A stretch of DNA of 64,000 nt from Zygnema circumcarinatum SAG 698-1b. Lineage: Eukaryota > Plantae > Zygnematophyceae. Positions within the stretch are counted from its first letter, which is position 1; the number at the start of each line of letters is the position of its first letter. The stretch is taken from contig CM074817.1 in the NCBI GenBank assembly GCA_037447605.1, positions 2,581,209-2,645,208 on the forward strand. Reading direction: 5' to 3'. Both the position numbers and the translations under genes were made by a program. Below are positions 18,066 to 31,247 of the stretch, one piece after another. The notes under the pieces are model-generated. The model was not told where the DNA came from. It was given only the letters and a program-made list of their open reading frames with translations, and did not search any database.

Positions 18066-21000
18066 TCATGTCAGGCTCACATCTTTGACCATCTCGGCGC
18101 AAACATTGGTGCAGTCCCCGCCCTCGCCCGCGTCGGGAACGAATGAGGGCAGGCGGGCGATGTGCTTCGAGCAGCCCTTCCCCGCCATGCATGCAAGCAC
18201 GCGCTCGGCAGCCTCGATGCCTGCATGCAGCGCCCAAGGACCAGGTGAAAGGAAACCAGTGAGCAAGCACAATTGGAAGCTGAACAAAAGTAAACTCAAC
18301 TCTTACATTGATTGATTGTATGAAGCTTTAATAGGGTCCTATGGCGATGAAAAACAAGTAAACATAAACAATACAAGAAACGGAGTTCAGCAAATTGCGA
18401 GATTTGTTTGACCTGTTAAGTATCCTCCCTGAACGTAGCCGTTGTGCTCCTCGCTGAGGCCCTCACCCGCAAAGTACAGCCTTCCTAGCGGGGCCTGAAT
18501 CCCAAAAAAGCCAAGAGAAGAAGCAAAATTTCTTTAAGAAGATAACAAATTACTTAAAAAATTTAAAATTACCTTCTAACAGATTCGAGTTGATCGATAT
18601 GGCAAATTCAACCACAACCCAAGATCTAAAAGTCAACATTAAGCACAAAAAACTCGTTCCCCGCTTACCTTCATTCTATCGAAGTCTAACGAGCTCATCC
18701 CAATCGGCCAGTTCGTGAAGCTTCCTCGAAAGTAGGGGTTCTTCAGCCAGGAAGAAACGAAGATATCATCCGCCATTGGAATGTTCGCACCGAACATTGT
18801 CCTCAGCACGGCCATGGCCTCCGCCAATGTCTCGTTGCTGCTCAGCCGCTCTATGCGCCGCGCTTCGTCGTCCGTTACACTTACAAAGAGGATGTTCGAC
18901 CCGGGGTACACATCCTCCAGATGCTGCACACAATAAGGATTTGCTCCTCAAAGGGTGGAAAGGGGGGGGGGAGAGAGGGCAGAGAGTGGGAGTGAAGATA
19001 GAGAGGAGAGAGGCTCAAAGCGTAGGGGGGGCGTTGGGGAGAGGTCAGAGAGTGGAAGAGAAGATACAGAGTGGAGAGTCTCAAAGGGTGTGGGGGGGAT
19101 TGGGAGAGAGGGCAGAGAGTGGGAGAGGAGATAGAGTGAGGAGAGGCTCAAAGACTGTGAGGGGGGGGGGGGGAGAGAGGGTAGAGAGTGGGAGAGAAAA
19201 TAGAGTGAGGGGTGGCTCAAAGCGTGGGGGGGGGGGGGAGGGGAGGGGCGGGGGGGAGAGGGAGGAGAGCGGGGAAGAAAATAGGGAGAAGAGAGGTTTA
19301 ATTGCCCCAAAAATAAAGCACAGATCACAAGATCAGTACCTGCCAGACTGGATAGTATCCTCTTTTGGAATCCACGTATGCAAAGTAGTTCGTTAGCGGC
19401 CCTGTCGGCCAAAACGAAGACGGAAACTTGATAAAGATCTTAAGGAAGAGCGCCATGTCGTATTTGTAGATGGACTCGATCTTCCACGCCTGCCATATTG
19501 AATGAGGAGGCACAGGGTGTGGATTGAATTGAGCGCTGGGAATGTAGAGGCGTGAGCTTTGTGATCGACTATGAAGTGAACGAACAGGAGGGAGAGGAGA
19601 TGACTCTTATCGGAAAGAGGATGAATAGAACATGGATCCAAAGGAGGGGACGGGAAGAGGGAAATTGAAACGGGGGAGGGGGGGAGAGGGAGTGAAAATG
19701 CGCAAGCGAGACAAGGAGCGAGTGAGAGAGAGGGAGAGAGAGGGAGCGAAAGGGAGGGAGAGGAACAGAAAGAGGTAAAGAGAGAGAGAGGGAGGGAGGG
19801 AGAGAGAGAGAAAAAGAGAGAGAAAGAGCAAGAGAGAGAGAGAGAGAGAAAGGCTTGATCACGGACGACCCCACAAAAATTCGTCCCTTGACAATCACCG
19901 GAAGGTCCGGTACGAAGTCGATAAGCTTCGACTGAAGCACTCCGATGCTCACTGTCACGATCACGTGCTTGGCCGTATACATCGACCCATCGGTTGTCCT
20001 CACTGTCGCGCCATTCACGGAATACCTGATTCGATTCACTGCCTGGTACAATATGGCAACGGCAAGACATAGAGGAAATAAAACTGAAACGAATGATCAG
20101 GGAAAACCTAGCGAAGCAAGGCATCCGTGTGTGCACTGCGCGCCATGATTGCTTTACATCAACTCCCTCTCCCTCGTCCTACCTCTCTTTCTCCCTTTCC
20201 TTCTGCCTTTCCTTCCCCCTCTGCCTCCCCCGTCCCCTTACTCTATCTCTTCCTCTCTCCCTCCCTCTATTGACGCACCTTTCTATACTTGAGGCGGGGG
20301 TCCGTCACTTTCCGCATTCCGCAACAGTAGAGCGGAACGCTGGTAAGGACGCTTTCGGCGAGGTGTTGAGGGAGCTTCTGGAAACCACGAGGGTCCGCCA
20401 CAAATCTTTGGACGTCTCCGAAAAGTACGAACGTGCTAGAAGGCATTGTTCGCTTGAGGCTGCACACGCGCGGAGGCTCTGCAGAAAATGACCAGAAGGG
20501 GATAAAGGGGTCGGTTTCAAGTAGACTTCACCCATGCTTGTGCATTTTCATTTCTTTGCTCCTTTGAAAGTTTCATTCATTCATTCACTCATTCATTCAT
20601 TCATTCACTCATTCATTCATGAGGAAGTGGCGTTATGTTGATTGTACCAGCATACTCGTAGTCAACATAATACCAATCACCGAGTTTTTCAAGCGGAGTC
20701 TCCGGAACACTGCCAGAGCAACACATACAGGACATAAACATAGAATGATTCGATTGGTTATTGAAGCAATGGAATATCTTATTCGCATCATAAACATCGA
20801 AATTTGAAGCTGGAGACTGAAAGTATAGTGAACTACTGAGTTGGTTTGGATCATTACAATCCTCCCAAGCGCTGAGCGACGAGTCCGGACGTATCCGGCC
20901 GCCCATCTCTCGTGTAGTTTATTGCAAGCTCCTCCGAAAAAGTATAGGCCGTGTCAAGGGCCTCCCACGCTGCATCCACCTCGTCCTGGGGGATACGCCC

Positions 21001-22238
21001 ACTGAAAAGAAAAGAAACCAAAATCAAGTGATATTAACCTCCCGATCCCGACTACTCTGTGCCGCTTTCTACCTTCCACTCTCTACCTAGCCCCCTGCCC
21101 CTGCCCCTGCCCCCTGCCCCTGCCCCTGCCCCTGCCCCTGCCCCTGCCCCTGCCCCTGCCCCTGCCCCTGCCCCTGCCCCTGCCCCTGCCCCCTGCCCCT
21201 GCCCCTGCCCCTGCCCCTGCCCCTGCCCCTGCCCCTGCCCCTGCCCCCTGCCCCTGCCCCTGCCCCCTGCCCCTGCCCCTGCCCCCTGCCCCTGCCCCTG
21301 CCCCTGCCCCTGCCCCTGCCCCTGCCCCTGCCCCCTGCCCCTGCCCCTGCCCCCTGCCCCTGCCCCTGCCCCTGCCCCTGCCCCTGCCCCTGCCCCTGCC
21401 CCTGCCCCTGCCCCTGCCCCTGCCCCTGCCCCTGCCCCTGCCCCTGCCCCTGCCCCTGCCCCTGCCCCCTCCCCCTCCCCCTCCCCCCTCCCCCTCCCCT
21501 CCCCTCCCCCTCCCCCTCCCCCTCCCCTTCTCCCTCCCCCTTCCCCCTTTTTCCCCTCCTTCCTCCCCCCCTCCCCGTCCAGTCCCCATACCCCCCCTCC
21601 CCCCTCCCCCTCCCCTCCCCACCTCTCTCCGTATATGTTGGCGGTGAAGTTGTCATAGTTGGACTCCGCCGTGCGCAGTCCGACCTCCTCCGCGAGCTTA
21701 GCGATTGGGTTCTTCTCTTTCCCCCCGAGCCCCGCCAGCCAGTTCGCGCCCAACTCGATCTGCAAACCACGACTTTCCGCGCCTTCATTCACAGCAAAAT
21801 CCTCCCCAAAAACTCTCAATTTGGATTTTCGGGGCAAACTCCGTCACCTGGTAGCCGGCGAATTCGCCCTTCTTCATGCGCCCCCCGAGATGGTTGGTAG
21901 CTTCCAAAATGATGACGTCATTCACCCCCGCGTCGATCAGCGTCTTTGCCGCCGAGATGCCTGCAATGCCGCCATTCCTGACGTCATCAACTTTCGAGGT
22001 TTTGCATTCCTGGCGAGGAAAAAAGGAGCTTCTCTCCTGTATCTAATTCCCCACATTTAATAAATTTTCGCACATGGAGCCTCAGTTCTGCGACTCCACC
22101 TGCAATGCCCGCTCCCACGATGATGACGTCAGCCGACATCCTCTCCTTCGCTCCCTCCACGGAGGGCGCGGTCAGAAGCAGCCAATGGGCGACGGCCGCC
22201 AAAGTCACCAAGGTCTTCAAAGTCGCCGAAGTCGCCAT
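18066..22238 (-). CDS. PAO: Flavin-dependent polyamine oxidase (ZmPAO1/AtPAO1-like) with N-terminal signal peptide, about 11 exons
   Basis: DVIIVGAGIAGISAAK (GxGxxG), ILEATNHLGGRMKK, IELGANW, VIVTVSIGVLQSKLIDFVPDLP, YDMALFLKIF (conserved Lys), FRGSFTNWP, LYFAGEGLSEEHNGYVQGGYLTG. Confidence 0.94.
21090..21470. repeat. (GCCCCT)n hexamer array in a PAO intron
   Basis: Directly visible, about 60 copies. Confidence 0.97.
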
Positions 22239-23709
22239 GGCGGCCCTGCTCGCGGAAGCGCTCGGAGGCGGCAGCGATGGTTCCCTCACACTTCGGTGTA
22301 GGTCCCCGGGGGGGGGGGGGCAGGGCTCGGCCACAAGACGACAAGGACGGGCCGACATTTCCGCTGACGTGACGGATAACGATTGGGGCTGGTGCGTGCT
22401 GATTGGACAGCTGCCTATTTTGTCGCATGCGCGATCTAGCCGCGGCTGTGTTTTGTGGGAGACGGCGCATGCGACAAAAATCTCAGGACCGATACTATGC
22501 GACAAACGTGCCGTCCTGTGGAACCAAGCTTTTATGGTGTACAGTAAACAACGCTCCAATGTGTAAGGTCGATCTGTTAACGCCCTGTGATTGGTTGACG
22601 TAAGATTCGCGGTCAGACAAGAAAAGTTTTTCATCGTGCCTTTAGCCTGATTTTGAAAAAAAAATGACAAGATCTGGTTCATAAGATAAAGACACAGTAC
22701 GGCCGCCGGCCGGACTAACATAATACCGGTCGCCTATTGTTAACACGGACTTCCTTATATTTGCAAATTCCAAGATTTTCGCCCAATATTTGCCGAAACC
22801 ATGGCGAAAATATTAGGGGGGGTAATGCAGTGTTGTCGCGGACCCGCGGTGCAAAAGTAGAAGGTTATCGGCGGTATCGGAAGATATCGCTGGCCACCAC
22901 TGATACTGTACGGTAGGTACGTGCCGACAAGGGATAACGACAAAATAACCGAAGGCGATATAGCCGTTGGAATGGTCGGTGGCTCCTGATTGGTTGCGCA
23001 ATTCTCTTCTAGATCCAAGCGAGTGGAAATAGCGTTCTTCACTGTGACCTTACACTGCCTTCGTAAAAGCGCACAGCCCACAACCATGATACCGTCGTGT
23101 GGAATTTTGTACCTGGTTGGTCAGGTTGATACTGAGGGTGCGCCTAACGGCCAAACGTGCGGGGTGAGGGTGCGCGTAACTCGATCTTTGTACTACTGCT
23201 GAGGTAGGCGCACCAATCACATTTTTGTCACTTGCTAGTCATATTTAGTGATCGCAGCGACTAACCAAATGTATTGAAAAATAAAGTTGGTCAAATCGAA
23301 CCTTAGTCAGATTAGCAGTCAGTTTAGTCAGGTTTAGTCATATTGGGTGGCTCATTTTCCAATATTTGTCCTGTTCTTGTCAGTGCATGCAGCCCACGTG
23401 GCGGCTCCACACTGGTTCCCATCCTATGGCATTAATTTGAGAATTTTTGAAGAGAAAAAAAAAAAACATAGCATCGACAGTATGACAAGAAATTGAAACT
23501 TTGAGATTATTTTTTTCTCTTGGGAAAAATCGTAACGAAGATCACCTTCTCTTTTGTACAGACAGTGTCTCCGTTTGGTTCGAATCACCGAAAAATGAGA
23601 TTTTTTTTTTTCCATCACGATTTTTTCATTTCATTGTACATAATCTTGAAATTTCAAAACCATAAAAATTCTGAAACTACTCGCGTCCGCCGTTCCATTC
23701 CAAAATCGA

Positions 23710-26700
23710 TTATTCGAAAATATCCTGCACCTCGATCCGGCTGTGTTGGCTGCTCCCACATCCCAAACAGCAATACGCGCACCACTCAGAATACGAAGGG
23801 TGTGCCCCAACACCCCTTTTTTTGCACCACCGCATTCATTCATTACATTTTGTTGCTTCCCCAAATTTCAGACCCAAAAAAAAAAAAAAGCCCAATTCCG
23901 ACGTATTTGAAGCGAAAAACCCGAAAGCCGCATCATTTTCTTTCAGTGGAGACCCCGATGCAAAAGAACCCTCAAACCAACCAGACACCCGGTTTGCGGT
24001 TTCTGGTTTCTGGTTTCTGGTTTGCGGTTTGCGGTTTGCGGTGTTTTGCGCTCACTGGTCGTCCTTGGAGATGCGGTAATAGCGCTCCGCGTGCTGCTTT
24101 CGGCCAATCATTTGCGCGAACCGCTCGTCGTGAGTGATCACGATCAGCTGAAAGTTCTCCTGCGCTCGCCGCTCCTCCATTATGCTGCAACCAACGAACG
24201 AACAAACAAACAAACAAAGAAAGGATTCTTTTTCGGGTTAGGGTTAGGGTTAGAGTTTAGGGTTACGGTTACGGTTAGCGTTAGAGTTAGGGTCAGGAAA
24301 AGTGGGAAAGAGGATGAGCGGGAGAAGATCTACACTCTACACCCTATAAACCTTACACCGTAAATAAAATCAAAACTCTTCAACCCCAAAAACCGAGCCC
24401 CAAAAAGAACCCAATACCTTCACCCTAACCTTGATACTCCTCAACCTCAAACCCTAAACCCTAAACCCTAAGCCCTAAACCTTAAGCCCTAAACCCTAAA
24501 CTTGCACGCACCGCAGCAGCGCGGCCGCGAGGCTGTCGGCGTTGGGCGCGTCGAGATTGGTGGTGGGCTCGTCGAGGGCCAAAATGCCGCAGTTCAGACA
24601 GAAGGTCTCCGCCAGGGCGAGCCGGATCACCAGCGAGGCCAGAACCTGGGCGTCATGAGGAGGGGCAGTGAGCCAGCTCCGTTAGGCCAGACTGGGCCTG
24701 GGGTCAGGGCCAGGCCGGGCCTGGGCCAGGCCAGGCCAGGCCAGGCCAGGCCAGGCCAGGCCAGGCCAGGCCAGGCCAGGCCAGGCCAGGCCAGGCCAGG
24801 CCAGGCCAGGCCGGGCCTGGGCCAGGCCAGGCCAGGTCAGGCCAGGCCAGGCCAGGCCAGGCCAGGCCGGGCCTGGGCCAGGCCAGGCCAGGCCGGGCCT
24901 GGGCCAGGCCAGGCCAGGCCAGGCCAGGCCAGGCCAGGCCAGGCCAGGCCAGGCCAGGCCAGGCCAGGCCAGGCCAGGCCAGGCCAGGCCAGGCCAGGCC
25001 AGGCCGGGCCTGGGCCAGGCCAGGCCAGGCCAGGCCAGGGCCAGGCCAGGCCAGGCCAGGCCAGGCCAGGCCAGGCCAGGCCAGGCCAGGCCAGGCCAGG
25101 CCAGGGGCCAGGCCAGGCCAGGCCAGGCCAGGCCAGGCCAGGCCAGGCCAGGCCAGGCCAGGCCAGGCCAGGTCAGGCCAGGCCAGGCCAGGCCGGGCCT
25201 GGGCCAGGCCAGGCCAGGCCAGGCCAGGCCAGGCCAGGCCAGGCCGTGGCCAGGCCAGGCCAGGCCAGGCCAGAGGCCAGGCCAGGCCTGGGTAGGGTTA
25301 GGGTTAGGGTTAGGGGTTAGGGTTAAGGGTTGGGTTGAGGTTAAGGTTAGAGTTGGGGTTAGGGTTAGGGATTGCACTTGAAGGATTTGGAAGCTTCAGG
25401 GGTCAGAAGTTTTAGGAAGTTTTAGAGTTTCATGCAAAGGGAAGGGTGAGATGGGGAGAAGCTGGGGAGAGAGATAGACATAGAGAGAGAGTGTGCGGGA
25501 GAGAGAGGGAGAAAGAGAGTAAGGACCTTCTGGCCAGCACTACAGCGGCCGCGCATGTCGAGCTCTGCATCACCGCTGCGCATCACAACCTGCGCATTCG
25601 CAACATCACTTTTTAATATGGACCGGAGACCCTAACTGGGACGACTCCAAAAGAACTCCACATAAGTTCAATTTGGTAAAGTTTCTTGACATTTTCATTT
25701 GAGTTTTAATTTGGGTAGTTAAAAAAGACAAAGTATACCCGATAGCTGTAAGAGCGAGTCCCCAATCCTTCGGCATCCGATCGAATTTCGATAAAGTCAA
25801 TGTCTTGGCCGCGGTAGGTCTGCTGCCATAGCTCCTTTATGATCTTGTTGATCTCCTCCATCTTCATGGAATGGAAGCGCATCAGCGCCCTGCACGGAGG
25901 GAGGGAGAGAGGGAGAGGGAGAGGGAGAGGGTGAGGAGAGGGGGAGGTGACAGGGAGCGCGAGAGAGCGAGGGAGAGGGAGAGGAGGAGAGGGGGAGTGA
26001 GAGAGAGGGAAAGAGAGCAAGAGCGGGAGAGAGGGAGAGGGAGAGGGTGAGGCGAGGGAGAGGTGACAGGGAGCGCGAGAGAGTGAGGGAGAGGGAGAGG
26101 AGAGAGGGGGGGAGAGAGAGAGGGAAAGAGACCAAGAGATGGAGAGAGGGAGAGGGAGAGGGAGAGGGTGAGGAGAGGGAGTGGTGACAGGGAGCGCGAG
26201 AGAGTGAGGGAGAGGGAGAGGAGAGGGGGGGAGAGAGAGAGTGGGAAAGAGAGCAAGAGAGGGAGAGAGAGAGGCAGCGAGGGAGGGAAGAAACCCTGAG
26301 AGAACCCTGATTTTGAGAAAATTGAACCCCATTTTTTTAAATTGGGATCGCGATTTTACCTATCGAGAGCGCTGTAGTACTTGTCGAGGTCCTTGTTCGC
26401 CATTTCCGTTGTCTGCATCTCCCTCGGAAAAAAAAAAAACAAGAAATAGAGAAAGACGAGACCCACATTCACGAGAAACATGAAGGAAAAAAGAGGGAGA
26501 GAGTAGGGAAGGGTTTTAAGGGTTTGCAGAAACTTATTTAACGGAACCCCTAAATCAGTAAAACATAAAACATAAAAAGCTTCAAGAATCCTAAACACCC
26601 AAAAACCCAAAAAAATCAAAGTTACGAATGCGAAAGCTTGTAAACTTAAAAAAAAAGAATATCCCTCTCCCTCTCCCTCTCCCTTCCCTAAATAGCCCAA

Positions 26701-29700
26701 ATACTTGAAAACGTAAGAACCCAAATACTTAAAAACCTTAAAAACGTGTCTTATATTTTTAGGTTTTTCTCTGACCTTGAGCTGGATGAGCTGATTGCTG
26801 TGCCGCGAGTCGATTTCTTTGTACTGCGGAACTTTGAGTTCCGCCAGACTTCTCCCCACACTCACTTCATAAGCAGCCACCGTGCCTTGGTTGCGGTTTT
26901 GCTGAAAATAACCAAAAAATACGGGAGAAAAAGACTTAAAAGGAAAATTGACGATCAGAAAGTATATTTAGCGTTAAGATTGGTTCAACTACTGAAGATC
27001 TTCTGCACGCTTTAAAAATTCATAAAAGACGAAATCCAGAAGATGGTGATACACTCAGCCTTGGGAAGCCCAGAATTCAATTGTGTGTCTTAATAACCCT
27101 AGGTCCTGAAACCCCACAACCCTATTCCTCCTTCCTCTCTCCTCTCTCCTCTCTCCACTCTGCACTCTGCACTCTGCACTCTGCATTCTACACTTTCCTC
27201 TCTCCTCTCTCTTCTCCCATCTTTCTCTCGTCTCTACTGTCTCCTCTCTCCTCTCTTCTCTCGTCTCCCCTCTCTCTCCTCCCATCCCTCCCCTCTCCTC
27301 CTCTCTACTCTCCTCCATCATCTCTTCTGTACATTCTCCTCACCCCTCTCCACTCTCCTCTCTCCTCTCTCTTCTCTCCTCGTCTCTCTTCTCACCTCTC
27401 TCCTCTCTCCTCTCTCCTCTCTATTCTCTATTCTCACCTCCCTCTTTCTCTTCTGTACATTCTCCTCACCTCTCTCCACTCTCTTCTCTTCTCTCTCTTC
27501 TCTCCACTCTCGTCTCTCCTCTTTCGTCTCACCTCTCTCCTCTCTCCTCCCTCCTCGCTCCTCCCTCCACTCTCCTCTCACCTCCGCCTCGATTGACTGA
27601 AGCTCCCGCACCAAGTCCTTCATGTCCTTCTCCACCGTTTGCAGGTCTCCAATAGCCATTATCTGCTCCTGCAGAGACTGAATTTCCGCTGCAATGGACT
27701 GTTCCTCCTTCACAGTTTTACGGAACTGAATATTGTCGTCGATGTTCCGTTTAACGGAGGCTTTGCTTTCCAGCAGCTTCTGGTCCTTTGAGAGCGCTTC
27801 CGACAGTTCCGTTTCGCGTTTTTCGTAGTTTCGTTGGCGGGATTCCGAGATCGCAATTTTCTCCATAATTTTTTTCAGCTCAGCTTCTTTGCCGGATTGG
27901 ATGTAGCTGCAATGGTTGCACGTTTGATTTTAGGTGATTTAACGTCCTAATTGACTAAATGAAATTAGAAATTCGCTGTTTTATTGTCGACCACATACTT
28001 AGCCGTTTTCCCCTTACTTCAATTTTATCGCCTCAAAAGAAAAACTTCTCATGTTTTCAAAGCATGCAGGATTCTCAGATTCTTTGGACCAATTGTTTTC
28101 AAAATTTGTAGGGTTTCAAGCATTTGGGGTCATACAAAATGTATAATATTAAGTCAATCATGTCTTTCATCATGGGTTTCAAAATCTCCAAGTTTTTGGA
28201 GAAGCAAGAAAGTAAGGTTTTCAGTGTTCTCACTGTTCGATTTTGACAGTTAGTGCTCGCAGCTGGTCCACATCTCTCTCTAAGCTCCGCACCTCTGCCT
28301 GTCTCCCTCCCTCCTCCTCCTCCGCTCTCTCTCTCTGCCGCTGCTGCTCCTCCTCCAGCTTCTCTCCCTCCCTCCGGAGGGGCTCCATCTTCTGCTCCCA
28401 CACCTGCACTTTGCAAACACAAAAACGACGCAATTCACATGGAACAAGATGAAGAAAACATGAAACATTAAGGAAAAGTACCGAATTCTCTTGGCAGTTC
28501 AAGAGAATAACGAACTCCAGCACCCCACAAGCCGCAAAGACGACAAAACAACCAAAAGAAAAAGTCTCTAATGGTTAACCAACAAGGTGAGATTAACCTC
28601 CTAATGGCTAACCAACAAAGTGCGAGCCCTTAGAACTGACCGACCTGCATCTCTCTGTCGATCTGTCGGAGCTGCTCCCCGAGTTTCCTCACACTCGCCT
28701 TCGCCTCATTTAACTTTGTCAAGCGGTTAACCATAGTCATTTTTTCCTCCCTCGCATTTCGCCACCTCAAATTCCACGCTATAAAGTCATCTTTCATGTG
28801 CTGCTGCTCGTCTCGAAGCCTCTCTAACTTCCGTACCATCTCATCCCTGCCTTCCCTCCACATTAAAAAAAAATGGAATTGGGTTTAGGGTTTTATGGAT
28901 TTTGTACCTGATTACTCGAGTTCTCGTATTTTGGGCCATTTTTGAGTTTGGTCTTTTGGGTATGTCAGGTATTTTTGGAGCTTTCATTTTTAAGCATCTA
29001 TCAAGTCAAGCCGTACGGAGAGGTTTAGGTTTGCAAGGGATTGAGCAGCGGAACGCAAGGGGTGGGAAAAACCTTATAAAATCCAAAGAGAGAGAGAGAG
29101 AAGAGAGAGCGGAAGAGAGTGAGAGACGGAGAAAGAGAGAGAGGGAGAGAAAGGGAGGGAGAGAGGGGGAGATAGAGAAAGAGAAAGAGGGAGCGAGAGA
29201 GAGGGAGAGAATACCGTTTCTCTTCCAAGCTTGCGAGTTCAGTATTGACATCCGCCATGGATCTGAGCCCCTGCGACATAACGTCGAGCTTATACTCCCC
29301 ATCCTCTACCTCTCTTGCCAATCCCTCCCTCTCACTCCATAGCCGTTCGATTTCCTTGGAAATCGACTCCAAACGCTTCACCTCATTATGGTCGGCTCCC
29401 ACTTGAGTGCACACCCTCACCAGCTGCAAAAAAAAGATTAATAAACGATAAAACAATCCACAAGAAAATCTGTTAGAAGGGCCACACCGAAATAATAATT
29501 AAAATAAAAAAAACAGAAAAAACGTTTCTTTTTACCGTATTCATTCTTTCGAGCACTTAGCAGCCAAAAGGTTCTTTCGCCTCAGGATACTATGGAGCGT
29601 GAACAAGAGACGTTTTCAGAGCCAATGAGTAACTCTCCTACCATTTGCTGTCGTATTCAGATTGAATGTGCAAAGCTGAGCAGGAAAAGAACTCCAAAAG

Positions 29701-30550
29701 ACCTCCCCCCCATCCCCAGCCTCAATCCCACATAACCCTTCTTCCCTCCCTCTCTCCCTCCCTCCCTCCCTTCCCCCCTCCTTTCCCCTCTCCCTCCCCC
29801 TATACCCTCCCTCCCTCCCCTCCCTCTCTCCCTCCCGCTCCTCCCTTCCACCCCTCCCTTCCTCCCTCCCCCTTCGTCCCTCCCTCCCCCCTCCCCCCCT
29901 CCTTTCCCCCTCTCCCTCCCACTATCCTTCCCTCCCTCCCACTCCCTCCCTTCCACCCCTCCTCCCCCTTGCCCCTCCTCCCTCTGCCCCTCCCCCTCCC
30001 TTTCCTCCCTCCCTCCTCCCCACCCTCCCTCCCTCCCTCCCTCCTTCCCTCCCTCCCTCCCTCCTACCCACATCGTCGTGCCGCTGTCTCGCCTCTCCCA
30101 GCGCCGCCTCTCCCTCTGTGAACGCCCTCTCCGCAGCAGGAACTCCCTCTCTCTTCAGTTTCTCGTAGTCCAAAAAGAGGGGTCGGAGCTGGTCCAATGC
30201 GCGGGCTCGCCCCTCGAGCTCCAAATGGAGGGAGGCGGCGCTTCGCAGCTTCTCGGCGGACTGGCTCTGATGCGTGCGTTGCTGCCCCCACCAAAAAAAA
30301 AAAAAAAAAAAAGGGGAGAAGGAAAAGAAATGGGTCAGAAATGAAAATTCTAAGTTAAGTTTCGGGAGGGGAAATGAAATGAAAAGGAGGTGGTTTTGGG
30401 GTGTGGTAGATTGGGACCTTCTGTATGAAGCCATCGACTTCTTGTGGAGAGGAGAAGGGCCGTTCACAGACGGGGCATTCGTGGGTCATTTCGGCCATTT
30501 CCATGAACCGACTGAAACAGCGCCGCATTCCTTCCAACAGATCGTGTTCC
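23710..30550 (-). CDS. RAD50: DNA repair protein RAD50, 3' portion only (zinc hook to C-terminus, about 13 exons); 5' half absent, lost at the 100-N gap
   Basis: Hook [10 protein letters not shown]; [38 protein letters not shown]; RSYSYRVVM; signature [10 protein letters not shown]; Walker [13 protein letters not shown]; [12 protein letters not shown]; end [12 protein letters not shown]. Confidence 0.96.
24235..24500. repeat. Opposite-orientation telomere-like tracts in one RAD50 intron: (GGGTTA)n at 24235-24295 and (AAACCCT)n at 24422-24500
   Basis: Directly visible. Confidence 0.85.
24705..25372. repeat. (GGCCA)n pentamer array of about 590 bp abutting a degenerate (TTAGGG)n tract in a RAD50 intron
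   Basis: Directly visible. Confidence 0.97.
25900..26280. repeat. About 118-bp purine-rich minisatellite x3 in a RAD50 intron
   Basis: Anchor GTGACAGGGAGCGCGAGAGAG recurs at about 25947, 26063 and 26184. Confidence 0.8.
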
Positions 30551-31147
30551 CTGCAATCGAATTTGAGGGAGGGAGTTGACAAAGAAGGGAGAGGAGGGGG
30601 AGAGGAAAGGGAGAGAAAGGGAAAGAAGGGAGGGGAGGGAGGGAGGGAGGAAGGGAGGGAAAGGGAGGGAGAAGGAGGGAGGGAGGGAAGGAAAGGGAGG
30701 GGAGGGAGGGAGGGAGGGAGAGAAGGGAGGGAAAGGGAGAAGGGAGAGAAAGGAAAGGAAAAGGGAAAGAAAGAAAGGGAAAAGAAAGGGAAAGAAAAGA
30801 AAGGAAAGGGAGAAGGGAGGGAGGGGAGGGAGAGGAAAGGGAGAGGGAGAGAAAGGGAGAGAAAGGAAAGGGAGGAAAGAAGGGGAGAGGGAGAGAAGAA
30901 GGAAGGAAAGAAGGAAAGAAAGAAAGGGAGAGGGAGGGAAAGGGAGGGGAGGGAGAGGAAAGGGAGAGGGAGAGAAAGGAAAGGGAGGGAAGAAAGGGAG
31001 AGGGAGAGGGAGAGGAAGGGAAAGAAGAAAGGGAAAGAAAGAAAGGAAAGAAAGGAAAGGAAAGAAAGGGAGGAAAGAAAGGAAAGAGAGGGAGGGAGGA
31101 AAGAAAGGGAAGGAAGGAAAGAAGGGAAGGGAGGGAAAGAAGGAAAG

Positions 31148-31247
31148 NNNNNNNNNNNNNNNNNNNNNNNNNNNNNNNNNNNNNNNNNNNNNNNNNNNNN
31201 NNNNNNNNNNNNNNNNNNNNNNNNNNNNNNNNNNNNNNNNNNNNNNN
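31148..31247. other. Scaffold gap (100 N, probably unknown size); 10-N gaps also at 14365, 41428 and 63318
   Basis: N runs inside or adjoining purine/pyrimidine tracts. Confidence 0.99.
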
